Shown here: positions 10,101 to 18,266 of the stretch, in pieces
Layout of the letters: every line of letters starts with the position of its first letter
How positions within the stretch are numbered: position 1 is the stretch's first letter
From: an uncultured Candidatus Saccharibacteria bacterium
GTDB lineage: Bacteria; Patescibacteriota; Minisyncoccia; Phycocordibacterales; UBA9973
Assembly (NCBI GenBank): GCA_964426555.1
Contig: CAYRQJ010000004.1
Span: 19,109-83,108, forward strand
DNA: 64,000 nt
Direction: 5' to 3'
Notes under the pieces: model-generated
The model's input: the letters and a program-made list of their open reading frames with translations, nothing else
Databases searched by the model: none
Told to the model about the DNA's origin: nothing
Program-made: the position numbers and the translations under genes

Positions 10101-10821
10101 GATCTTTTTCTACTTTCTCTTTTAGTTTTTCTAAATCAATGTTTTTAAACAAACTGTAAATTGCTTCGGCCCCAATTGATGCTTCAAAACAACTACCATA
10201 TTTTAATGAATAATGATGATATTGTAATTCGTTCATTACACGGCCCATTTGGATACCATCGATATCATTTTTTGCTTGAGTAAATAATTCTTTTAGTTTT
10301 TCTTTTGATTCTTCGTCTGTAACTGTTTTTATTTTTGATTTGTACTCACTTTCAAGATTCTTACGAACTTCTTCTTTTGATTCTTCATGAACAGCAGTAA
10401 CAATGTATCCTGCAAAGTAAATAACTTTTTCAAGTTCACCACCAGAAATACCCATGATTAATGCCATACGAGATGGAACACCTTTTAAAAACCAAATGTG
10501 TGCAACAGGACTAGCTAATTCAATGTGTCCCATTCTCTCACGACGAACAATTGCGCGAGTTACTTCAACTCCACATTTTTCACAAACAATATCTTTATAA
10601 CGAATACGGCGGTATTTACCACAGTAACATTCATAGTCTTTTTCTGGACCAAAGATTTTTTCGTCAAACAAACCACCACGCTCACTGCGTCCTGTACGGT
10701 AGTTTATAGTTTCTGGTTTTGTAATTTCACCAAATGACCATTCGCGAACTCTTTCTGGTGAAGCCAAACGAAGAGCAATGTAGTCAAAAGATTTTGTATC
10801 AAATGTTTTTTTACTATTCAT
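7186..10821 (-). CDS. rpoC: DNA-directed RNA polymerase subunit beta' (short form, 1211 aa)
   Basis: NADFDGDQMAV catalytic motif, zinc-binding CxxC clusters near N-terminus, bridge/trigger regions conserved. Confidence 0.95.
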   Translation of the reverse strand: MNSKKTFDTKSFDYIALRLASPERVREWSFGEITKPETINYRTGRSERGGLFDEKIFGPEKDYECYCGKYRRIRYKDIVCEKCGVEVTRAIVRRERMGHIELASPVAHIWFLKGVPSRMALIMGISGGELEKVIYFAGYIVTAVHEESKEEVRKNLESEYKSKIKTVTDEESKEKLKELFTQAKNDIDGIQMGRVMNELQYHHYSLKYGSCFEASIGAEAIYSLFKNIDLEKLKEKVEKDLEKSKSLDREKTEKRLALIRSLLHSHSRPEWMFLSVIPVIPPALRPMVALDGGRHATSDINDLYRRVINRNNRLRKLIEISAPDVILRNEKRILQEAVDALIDNSMAKQDGAQAMSQSQKRALKSLADNLKSKQGLFRANLLGKRVDYSGRSVIVVGPDLSLNQCGLPKHMALELFRPFVIAKLIETELAYNIRGANKLIEDQIPEVWAILEDVIKGKYVLLNRAPTLHRLGIQAFMPVLIEGNAIQLHPLVCTGFNADFDGDQMAVYLPLSEASQDEARMLMAANKNLLKPQNGEPITEPKMDMVLGSFWMTKDVPDEKGQGMIFSSPNQAILALDFGHIDYRTKIKVLPTTKEKYAKFEGKVFETTVGRILFNNILPETFPYINEEMGKKGVSALVDDLIFHYGIDVTAGFLDKIKAFGFRYATKSGTTWGIDNVRVPVEKEAIVKAARAKELIVIGHYEDGLLTDEERYRKVLEIWEKAKKEIEKAIPATLDPKSSTYDLIISGARGNMGSMVQMCGMKGLIVNTTGRIIDYPVIPSYIEGLSPIQYFITTHGSRKGSADTALNTAKAGYLTRRLVDVSQDVIITEEDCKTKESKILKTETIGGTEIPLLRQIRGRVLAIDLKDKGGNSLYKKNTLVTKDIAIDIVAKGVTEVVVRTPLGCKGRFGVCKLCYGADLGRNEMIAFGQAVGIIAAQAIGEPGTQLTLRTFHAGGVAGTDITQGLPRIEEIFERRIPKSPAILSKVDGEVLEVRQTGSEKTIVVLSNERGASKDGSIEYVLPNRRNPIVKPGQKVVAGELLTDGSADIGEIFKTGGAKMAQDYIVREITKVYELQSASIDHKHIEIIIRQMFSRMRVKETGDSTLSPGEIVEKIELDEENMRLEYEGLRISKADSLVLGITEVSLTAKSWLSAASFQNTNRVLINNAVKGGIDRLRGLKENVIVGRLIPAGTGFREISDDIIIDEETGEAL

Positions 10822-10827
10822 ATAATA

Positions 10828-13800
10828 TTAAATGGTTTGCCCATTATTAGCTTCTAAATCTTCCGACATTGATTCGTTTATTAATTCAAGTACTTCTGGA
10901 TTTTCTTCTATATCTGCAGTAGCTTCTGTATCGTTACTGAATTTTCTTAAATCTACGTCCAGTGCTAACCCACGCAAGTATGAAAGCATAACGTTAAACG
11001 ATGCTGGGGAATGTGGTTCTGGAATTGGATTACCTTTGATAATTGCATCAAAAGTTTGTGAACGTCCTTGGATATCGTCAGATTTAATTGTAAGCATTTC
11101 ACGTAAAATGTTTGATGCTCCGTAACCTTCCAATGCCCATACCTCCATTTCTCCAAAACGCTGACCTCCGGATTGTGCTTTACCACCCAAAGGTTGTTGT
11201 GTAATAAGAGAATACGGCCCAATAGCACGCATGTGAAGTTTGTCTTCCACCATGTGGTGCAGTTTCAACATATATTTCATACCAACAGCAATATCTTGTT
11301 CAAATCTTTCACCAGTGCGTCCATCATATAATGGAACTCGTCCATTTTCTGGAAGACCTGCTTTTACTAGTTCTTCTTGAATTTCAGCAACTGTTGCACT
11401 CATAAATGGTGGAACTATTGCTTGGTAGCCTAATGTATGAGCAGCAAGACCTAGATGCATTTCTAGAATTTGTCCCAAGTTCATACGAGAAGGAATACCC
11501 AGTGGAGTAAGAATTACATCAATAGGAGTACCGTCTGCCATGTATGGCATTTCTTCAATTGGTAGGATTCGTGAAATAACACCTTTGTTACCGTGACGTC
11601 CAGCTAATTTGTCTCCAATTGAAATATTACGAACTTGCGCAATTTCAATAACAATTCTTTTTAATATTCCTGACTCTAATTTGTTTCCAGCTTCACGAGA
11701 GAATATTTTTACTCCAACGATACGGCCTTTTTTACCATGTTCCAGTCTTAGTGATGTGTCTTTTACATCACGAGCTTTTTCAGCAAAGATACTGCGAAGC
11801 AATCTTTCTTCTGGAGTTAATTCTGTTTCGCCTTTTGGTGTAATTTTACCTACCAAAATATCATTTTCACGAACTTCTGCTCCAATACGAATAACACCAT
11901 CTTCATCAAGATCTTTTAGTTTTGCTTCACCCACATTTGGGATGTCACGAGTAGTTTGTTCGGGTCCAAGTTTTGTGTCACGAACATTACAAATAAATTC
12001 TGTTGTATAAATAGATGTAAATACAGATTCACGAACCATTTTTTCTGAAAGAATAATCGCATCTTCAAAGTTTGCTCCATTCCATGTCATAAATGCAACA
12101 CGTACATTTTGACCCAATGCAATTTCTCCATTTACTGTTGAACTTGTGTCCGCTAAAATATCACCAGTTTTTACTTCGTCGCCAATAGATACTATTGGTC
12201 TTTGGTGGAAAACATTAAAGTTGTTTGTTCGAGAAAAAGTTACTAATGGATAAGTTACTGATTTACCAGCTTTATCTTTGATCATTACTTTTTTACCATC
12301 TACATAAGTAACTGTTCCTGCATTTTTAGCTAAGATTAGGCGTCCTGAATCACGTCCAGCAAGTGCTTCGATACCTGTAGCCACAAGTGGAGCCATTGGA
12401 CGAATACATGGTACAGCTTGTTTTTGCATGTTTGATCCCATCAGTGCACGGTTACCGTCATCATGTTCTAAGAAAGGAATCATAGAAGTAGCAAGTGAAA
12501 ATGCTTGATTAGGAGCAACATCGATAAATTGAACATCTTCACGACGAGCCAAACCTGGAGAAACACGAATACGAGATTCTACGAAATCGTCCATAATGTT
12601 TCCTTTGTCATCTAGTTTAATTGCAGCATGAGCAATAACAGATTTTTCTTCTTCTAACGCATTTAGATAAACAATTTCTCCAGTAACTTTACTGTTTTTT
12701 ACTTTTACATAAGGAGTTTCAATAATACCGAATTCATTAATTTTTGCGTAAGTTGCCAAGTGCAAGATTAGACCAATGTTTGGACCTTCGGGAGTATGAA
12801 TTGGACATACGCGACCATAGTGAGACGTGTGCACGTCACGAACTTCAAGACCAGCACGTTCACGTGTTAGACCACCGGGCCCAAGAGCTGACAATGTTCG
12901 CAAATGTTCTAATTCTGCTAGAACATTTTCTTGGTTCATAAATTGTGACAATTGGTTTGTAGTAAAGAATTCTTTAATACGAGCTTCCAATGGGCGTTGG
13001 TTTAAAATTTGTACAGGCAAAGTCGTATCGATATCAATAGTCGACATACGGTCCTGAATGTTTCTTTTCATTTGTGTAAAACCAACACGAATTTTTTGTT
13101 GAAGCATTTCACCAACATAACGAACACGTCTTTGTCCAAGATGGTCAATATCGTCGGACTTTGCGTTTGGAGTATCGTTAAGTAATAGAATGTTTGAAAG
13201 TATAGTTATAATATCGTCAGCAGAAAGAGTACGAACTTCTAAATTTGCAGGATCCATTGATTTTTCAAAACGATTGTTAAATCTAAATCGTCCTACAGGC
13301 GAAAGATCATATCTTTCAGGTGAAAGAATAGCTTCAATATATTCACGAGCATTGTTTACGTCAGCTAGATCTCCGTCGCGAAGCTTTTTGTACATTTCCA
13401 AATATGCATTTGCACGGTCTTTTACTGGGTCTTTAGCAATTAAACCAGTTATAATTGTTTTTAGTTTTTCGTCTTTACCACAAGCTTTAATAATGTCTTC
13501 ATCTTTTTCAAGACCCATCGCACGAAGCAATGTCACAACATTGAATTTACGCTTTTTGTCAATACGAACATAAAGACCACTATCGGTTTCAGAATCTATT
13601 TCAATCCATACACCACGAGCAGGAATAATTTTAGCTCCAAAATATCTTTTTCCTTTTAAATCTTGGTCAGTAAAGAATACTCCAAAAGAACGAGCCAATT
13701 GCGGCACAATTACACGTTCTACACCATTGATAATAAAAGTTCCATGAGCAGTCATTAACGGCAAGTCTGCCATAAAAATTTCTTGCTCTTTGTCAGAATT

Positions 13801-14103
13801 TAAAGATTTGTTTGTTAGCTTTACGCGAGCTTTTAGTTGCCCTTCGTAAGTTACTTGGTTAAATTTTGCATCTTCTTCAGAACATTTTGGTTCTGAAAGA
13901 GAAAATGATACGAAATTTAATTCAAACTTTTTACCAGAATAATCATTGATTGGAGAAAATTCTTTAAAAACTTCTTTTAATCCAGATTCAACTAACCATT
14001 CAAATGATACGAGTTGGTTCTCTATAAGAGAAGGAAATTCGATCAAGGGTTTTTTGAATCTTGAAAATGTTTTTTTGACGTTTGTTGGTGTAGTCTTAGA
14101 CAT
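10828..14103 (-). CDS. rpoB: DNA-directed RNA polymerase subunit beta (short form, 1091 aa)
   Basis: Conserved beta-subunit blocks (GEMEVWALEGYGA; NMQKQAVP; HGNKGV). Confidence 0.95.
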   Translation of the reverse strand: MSKTTPTNVKKTFSRFKKPLIEFPSLIENQLVSFEWLVESGLKEVFKEFSPINDYSGKKFELNFVSFSLSEPKCSEEDAKFNQVTYEGQLKARVKLTNKSLNSDKEQEIFMADLPLMTAHGTFIINGVERVIVPQLARSFGVFFTDQDLKGKRYFGAKIIPARGVWIEIDSETDSGLYVRIDKKRKFNVVTLLRAMGLEKDEDIIKACGKDEKLKTIITGLIAKDPVKDRANAYLEMYKKLRDGDLADVNNAREYIEAILSPERYDLSPVGRFRFNNRFEKSMDPANLEVRTLSADDIITILSNILLLNDTPNAKSDDIDHLGQRRVRYVGEMLQQKIRVGFTQMKRNIQDRMSTIDIDTTLPVQILNQRPLEARIKEFFTTNQLSQFMNQENVLAELEHLRTLSALGPGGLTRERAGLEVRDVHTSHYGRVCPIHTPEGPNIGLILHLATYAKINEFGIIETPYVKVKNSKVTGEIVYLNALEEEKSVIAHAAIKLDDKGNIMDDFVESRIRVSPGLARREDVQFIDVAPNQAFSLATSMIPFLEHDDGNRALMGSNMQKQAVPCIRPMAPLVATGIEALAGRDSGRLILAKNAGTVTYVDGKKVMIKDKAGKSVTYPLVTFSRTNNFNVFHQRPIVSIGDEVKTGDILADTSSTVNGEIALGQNVRVAFMTWNGANFEDAIILSEKMVRESVFTSIYTTEFICNVRDTKLGPEQTTRDIPNVGEAKLKDLDEDGVIRIGAEVRENDILVGKITPKGETELTPEERLLRSIFAEKARDVKDTSLRLEHGKKGRIVGVKIFSREAGNKLESGILKRIVIEIAQVRNISIGDKLAGRHGNKGVISRILPIEEMPYMADGTPIDVILTPLGIPSRMNLGQILEMHLGLAAHTLGYQAIVPPFMSATVAEIQEELVKAGLPENGRVPLYDGRTGERFEQDIAVGMKYMLKLHHMVEDKLHMRAIGPYSLITQQPLGGKAQSGGQRFGEMEVWALEGYGASNILREMLTIKSDDIQGRSQTFDAIIKGNPIPEPHSPASFNVMLSYLRGLALDVDLRKFSNDTEATADIEENPEVLELINESMSEDLEANNGQTI

Positions 14104-14192
14104 ATTTTATTAATTAAATTTTACTCTCATTTAGACATTCCGTGACCGCGGAATAATTCTACTGAGATCTGCAATGCAATGAAAGGAAGCAA

Positions 14193-14226
14193 TAAAATGA
14201 CAAAAGACGCGGAAGGTAGCTTCCCC
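14193..14226 (-). terminator. putative rho-independent terminator about 150 nt downstream of trmD
   Basis: On minus strand GGAAGC-TAC-CTTCC hairpin followed by GCGTCTTTTGTCATTTT. Confidence 0.4.
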
Positions 14227-14377
14227 GTTTATCGTGGTTTTGTTTTATTTGTATCCTTGTCGCATTAGTAGATACTTTTAGCCCGTAGGCGTTACATTAA
14301 TGTGTGCCGTTCATTCGTAACTCATTCGGTGCACTGTGGATAATATACTATAAAACGCTTGCAATTGCAAGATATAG

Positions 14378-15088
14378 CTAATTCCCTTTTTGCTTCCAAT
14401 TTTCTATTTCTTTATGGTTTCCGGATAGTAAGACTTTGGGTACTTTGTATTTTTTACCATTATAAACCAGCTCTTCCGGGCGGGTGTATATTTCGCTACT
14501 ACTGACCCGTTCTTCTTCACGGGAATCAAAGTTACCCAGTACTCCAGCAACTTGCCGGGAAATACAATCAACCAATATCATTGCTGGCAATTCCCCGCCA
14601 GTCAAAACATAGTCACCAATAGAAACTTCGTCAACTTTTCCAAATTCTTTAGATAAGATTTTATTTACCCGTGCGTCTATACCTTCGTAGCGACCACATA
14701 TCATAACTATGTCTGTGATTTTGTTTTTTCCGTCCCCTGCCAGTTTTTTTGCATAATCTGTATCAAACTTTTTTCCTGCTGGTGAAAAGTTAATAATTTT
14801 GATTTTTGTATTCTTTTTCTTTTCTATTTTTTTGATTAAACTTTCTACTGCTTTTATTATTGGTTCGGCCATCATAACCATACCTGGACCGCCACCATAA
14901 GGACGCTCGTCGATTTGCTGTGAAATATTTCCATCGGGCCAAACTTTTTTATATTTACCAGTTACAAATTTACGCGGGTTTACAAAACTAACTTTGATTC
15001 TCTTTTCCTTTTGCGCCCGCGCCAAAATACTCTCACCCAAGTAAGAGTCAAACATCTCTGGAAATAATGTAATTATATGGAACTTCAT
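14378..15088 (-). CDS. trmD: tRNA (guanine37-N1)-methyltransferase TrmD
   Basis: MKFHIITLFPEMF start, GGGPGMVMMAEP SPOUT knot motif. Confidence 0.95.
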   Translation of the reverse strand: MKFHIITLFPEMFDSYLGESILARAQKEKRIKVSFVNPRKFVTGKYKKVWPDGNISQQIDERPYGGGPGMVMMAEPIIKAVESLIKKIEKKKNTKIKIINFSPAGKKFDTDYAKKLAGDGKNKITDIVMICGRYEGIDARVNKILSKEFGKVDEVSIGDYVLTGGELPAMILVDCISRQVAGVLGNFDSREEERVSSSEIYTRPEELVYNGKKYKVPKVLLSGNHKEIENWKQKGN

Positions 15089-15152
15089 AAGTTTAATATA
15101 ACATAAAATCCGCAGCTAAAATATTAGTGCGGATTTTATGTTTAAGAATTAA

Positions 15153-15521
15153 TTATAGTCCTTTTAGGTCAGCTAATGCTGCGTCCATTGTTTCTCCTGG
15201 ATCAGCAGAAACAGTAGTATTCATAGCACTTGGTGCTTCGTGAGTATTTTCACGAGCGAAACTGTGAGCTTCGCCACCTTCGGGTTCGTTAATTTTAAGA
15301 TTTACACGAGAATTACTTTTCATTCCGATAACACGAAGAAGTGTTCGGATTGCTTTAGCTGTATTACCTTGGCGGCCAATAACTTTTCCCATGTCAGCTG
15401 GGCTAACAGTTAAAGTTAATAATACACCCATTTCGTCAACGGTTCTTGTTATAGAAACATCGTTTGGGTTGTCAACTAAAGACTTTACGACATAGTCTAG
15501 AAATGCTTGATCATTCTGCAT
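15153..15521 (-). CDS. khpA: KH-domain RNA-binding protein (KhpA/YlqC-like, UPF0109) with acidic C-terminal extension
   Basis: YVVKSLVDNPNDVSI...MGKVIGRQGNTAKAIRTLL; position between rpsP and trmD as in many bacteria. Confidence 0.85.
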   Translation of the reverse strand: MQNDQAFLDYVVKSLVDNPNDVSITRTVDEMGVLLTLTVSPADMGKVIGRQGNTAKAIRTLLRVIGMKSNSRVNLKINEPEGGEAHSFARENTHEAPSAMNTTVSADPGETMDAALADLKGL

Positions 15522-15587
15522 ACACTGAATATTATATTACATCTTTTAAAACTCTTATTTGAGTTAAATAAAGTATAACATATTAAA

Positions 15588-15616
15588 CAAAAACCCCGCA
15601 ATGCGGGGCTTTTGTT
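15588..15616. terminator. bidirectional terminator hairpin AAAACCCCGCAATGCGGGGCTTTTG
   Basis: Perfect 7-bp GC stem CCCCGCA/TGCGGGG with flanking A/T runs, between rpsP and khpA. Confidence 0.7.
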
Positions 15617-15625
15617 AATATAAGA

Positions 15626-15931
15626 TTAACTTACTTTTGCGTCTTTCTTTTTACCAGTTTTAGATTTCTTTGGAAGTGCATTTTTCTTTTGTCCTTCAAT
15701 AATTCCTTGTGAGATTAAGAAATTGTGTACAGTATCTGATGCTTGAGCACCTTCAGCCATACGCTTGATAACTTTCTCTTTGTCTACTGTAAAGTTATTT
15801 GCTTTTAAATCATAATTCCCTAATATTTCAATAAAACGGCCACTTTTAGCAGCATTTTTTGAATCAGTAAGAACCACACGAAAAGCAGGATTATTCTTGC
15901 GCCCAAATCTTTGTAAACGAATTTTTAACAT
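15626..15931 (-). CDS. rpsP: 30S ribosomal protein S16
   Basis: MLKIRLQRFGRKNNPAFRVVLTDSKNAAKSGRFIEILGNYD matches bS16 N-terminus. Confidence 0.95.
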   Translation of the reverse strand: MLKIRLQRFGRKNNPAFRVVLTDSKNAAKSGRFIEILGNYDLKANNFTVDKEKVIKRMAEGAQASDTVHNFLISQGIIEGQKKNALPKKSKTGKKKDAKVS

Positions 15932-16003
15932 GTGTGCATATTATCAGTTTATATGGGACTAGTCAAGTGGCTTAAAATAAGTTAGTCTTAGTGTATAAGC
16001 CTG

Positions 16004-16120
16004 TCCCGTTAGAAGTTCTGCTGTTTATCTTGGGAAGGTATATAAAATAAAATTTAAATTTGATTACAGTTATTAATTAAAAAAGTACAGAAATCAAAGG
16101 ATTTCTTACTTCTAACGGGA
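16004..16120. repeat. 117-bp IR-bounded element copy 2 (TCCCGTTAGAAG ... CTTCTAACGGGA), right arm ends in the A of the rnr ATG
   Basis: 12-bp perfect terminal inverted repeat identical to copies at 934 and 35195; AT-rich interior diverged; lies in divergent rpsP/rnr intergenic region. Confidence 0.75.
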
Positions 16121-18108
16121 TGAGAAAAAAAAATACTTTTAATAAAAAACAAGAACCCCAAAATAAACTTCGAAACCAAAACGACAGAAACAAAGCTAAT
16201 AGAAATAAAGACAATAATAAAAATTTACCAACTGGTAAATTTTTAACCGGTGTTATTCGAACTAGTAAGTCTGGAAATGGGTTTATAGACTTTAACGAAA
16301 ATGAATCAGTAATAGTACCCAAAGGTGAATTAAGCACAGCTATTAATGGTGACACTGTGCGTATAGAGCTATTACCAAAAAGACGTGACAAACCCGGTGA
16401 CGCTGGAACAGTAGTAGAAATAATAAAACGTGGCACAACTCATATTGCCGGAACAATTGATTGTGAGGGTACTACATTTTATTTAAAACCAATGAAGTCT
16501 AAATTCCCTTTTTTGGTTTATATTACTCCGGGTCATTTAAATGGGGCTACATGTGGCAGTGCTGCATTTGTAAAAATAACAAATTGGGTTAGTGATATTC
16601 CTGGAAACGTAACTGGTGAAGTAACCAAAGTTTTTGGGACCCGAGGTGAGCACGAAACCGATATGGCTATGATACTGGCCGAATCACTGCAAGATTCTGA
16701 ATTTACAAAAGATTTGTTAGACGAAGTACGAAAATTTAAAGATGTAAATGCAGAAAGTGAATTAAAAAATGGCCGTCGAGATTTTCGTGGAATAACAACT
16801 TTTACTATTGACCCAGAGAGAGCTCAGGATTTTGATGATGCATTGTCGATAGAAGAAAATGCTGACGGTACATATACCATTGGTATCCATATTGCGGATG
16901 TGTCTAACTATATAATAGAAAATAGTAATTTAGATATAGAAAGTTTTCGTCGTGGGACATCAATATATCTTGTAGACCGCTGTATCCCAATGTTACCGGA
17001 AAGATTGTCTAACGACTTGTGTAGCTTGCGTGAAGGCGTACCAAGACTAACCATGAGTACTGTAGTTAAAATACAATCTGATGGCCGTATATTAGAACAT
17101 TGGGTAGGTACAGGTATAATAGAATCTAACAAAAGATTTACATATGGTGATGTAGATAAAATCTTAGAAGACAAAGCCGGACTATATTATAAAGAGCTAG
17201 ACATATTAATGAACTTAGCTGAGATACTGGAAAAAGGCCGCGTAGCCCGTGGTGCGTTGGTATTTAACCGAGATGAAATAAGATTTATATTAGACCCTGC
17301 AGGCAAACCTATAGACATTGTACGTGAGCACAGTAGCCCGTCTCACCTACTAATAGAAAGCTTTATGTTGTTAGCTAACAACATAACTGCCCAAATGATA
17401 GAAGATTATAACAATGGTGAAGGTAAAAAACGCGGCATGTACCGTGTACATGGCAAACCCAACGAAACTGCAATTTTTGATTTGGTAATTTTTGCAAAAC
17501 AATGCGGTATTCGTACTCCGCAAACATTGGAAAAACCTTTGGACATTATCAAACACATTATGAAAAAATCTGTAGGTAATGACATGGAATCTATTCTTAA
17601 CGATATGATAATTCGTGCACAAGCCAAAGCCCATTATAGTGAAGTAAACATGGGTCACTTTGGATTGGCATTATTGTCTTACAATCATTTTACATCCCCT
17701 ATTCGACGATACCCAGATTTGGTAGTACATAGACTGATAAAAAATATAATGGCCGGGAAAGAATTATATTACAGTAAAGCTGAACTACATGGTATTGCTG
17801 AGCATAGTAGTGAAAGAGAAGAAAAAGCTACCGAAGCCGAACGTGCAAGTATTCGCTATAAACAAATTGAATTTTTAGAAAATTCTGTTGGTACTGTACG
17901 TGTAGGACGACTAGTTGGTATGACTGATACTGTAATAAAAATAATTGATGACGAAACTATGGCAATGGTTCACTGTAACCAGTCTAAATATCGTTTTACA
18001 TTAGGACAAAAAGTAGAATACACATTGGACAAAGCCGATAGACTGCAAGATGAATTAAGTGGTGTAGTGAATAAGCCCGTAGAAGTAGTAGAAAAAGAAA
18101 TAAAATAA
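16120..18108 (+). CDS. rnr: ribonuclease R / RNase II-family exoribonuclease (RNB domain) with basic N-terminal tail
   Basis: RNB motifs DFRGITTFTIDPERAQDFDDALSIE, IHIADVSNY; C-terminal S1-like region; N-terminal KKNTFNKKQ...NRNK basic stretch. Confidence 0.9.
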   Translation: MRKKNTFNKKQEPQNKLRNQNDRNKANRNKDNNKNLPTGKFLTGVIRTSKSGNGFIDFNENESVIVPKGELSTAINGDTVRIELLPKRRDKPGDAGTVVEIIKRGTTHIAGTIDCEGTTFYLKPMKSKFPFLVYITPGHLNGATCGSAAFVKITNWVSDIPGNVTGEVTKVFGTRGEHETDMAMILAESLQDSEFTKDLLDEVRKFKDVNAESELKNGRRDFRGITTFTIDPERAQDFDDALSIEENADGTYTIGIHIADVSNYIIENSNLDIESFRRGTSIYLVDRCIPMLPERLSNDLCSLREGVPRLTMSTVVKIQSDGRILEHWVGTGIIESNKRFTYGDVDKILEDKAGLYYKELDILMNLAEILEKGRVARGALVFNRDEIRFILDPAGKPIDIVREHSSPSHLLIESFMLLANNITAQMIEDYNNGEGKKRGMYRVHGKPNETAIFDLVIFAKQCGIRTPQTLEKPLDIIKHIMKKSVGNDMESILNDMIIRAQAKAHYSEVNMGHFGLALLSYNHFTSPIRRYPDLVVHRLIKNIMAGKELYYSKAELHGIAEHSSEREEKATEAERASIRYKQIEFLENSVGTVRVGRLVGMTDTVIKIIDDETMAMVHCNQSKYRFTLGQKVEYTLDKADRLQDELSGVVNKPVEVVEKEIK

Positions 18109-18223
18109 TATGCACCCCGGGAATGAAAGAAAATTTTTTGTAATATTTCTAGTAATAATATTACTTGCCGGATTTTATTTACTATCACGGTATTAAAATT
18201 AATTAATGAGGAAAATAAAAAAG

Positions 18224-18258
18224 ACCTTTGATTTTTAAAATCTCAGGTCTTTTTTATT
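18224..18258 (+). terminator. rho-independent terminator after rnr
   Basis: AGACCTTTGATTTTTAAAATCTCAGGTCT hairpin followed by TTTTTTATTT. Confidence 0.7.
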
Positions 18259-18266
18259 TATATTAT

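Noticed and set aside
16077-16436. 119-aa minus-strand ORF overlapping the rnr start
   Set aside because: Lies antisense to the well-supported RNase R N-terminus and to the IR element; low-complexity translation; no motif.
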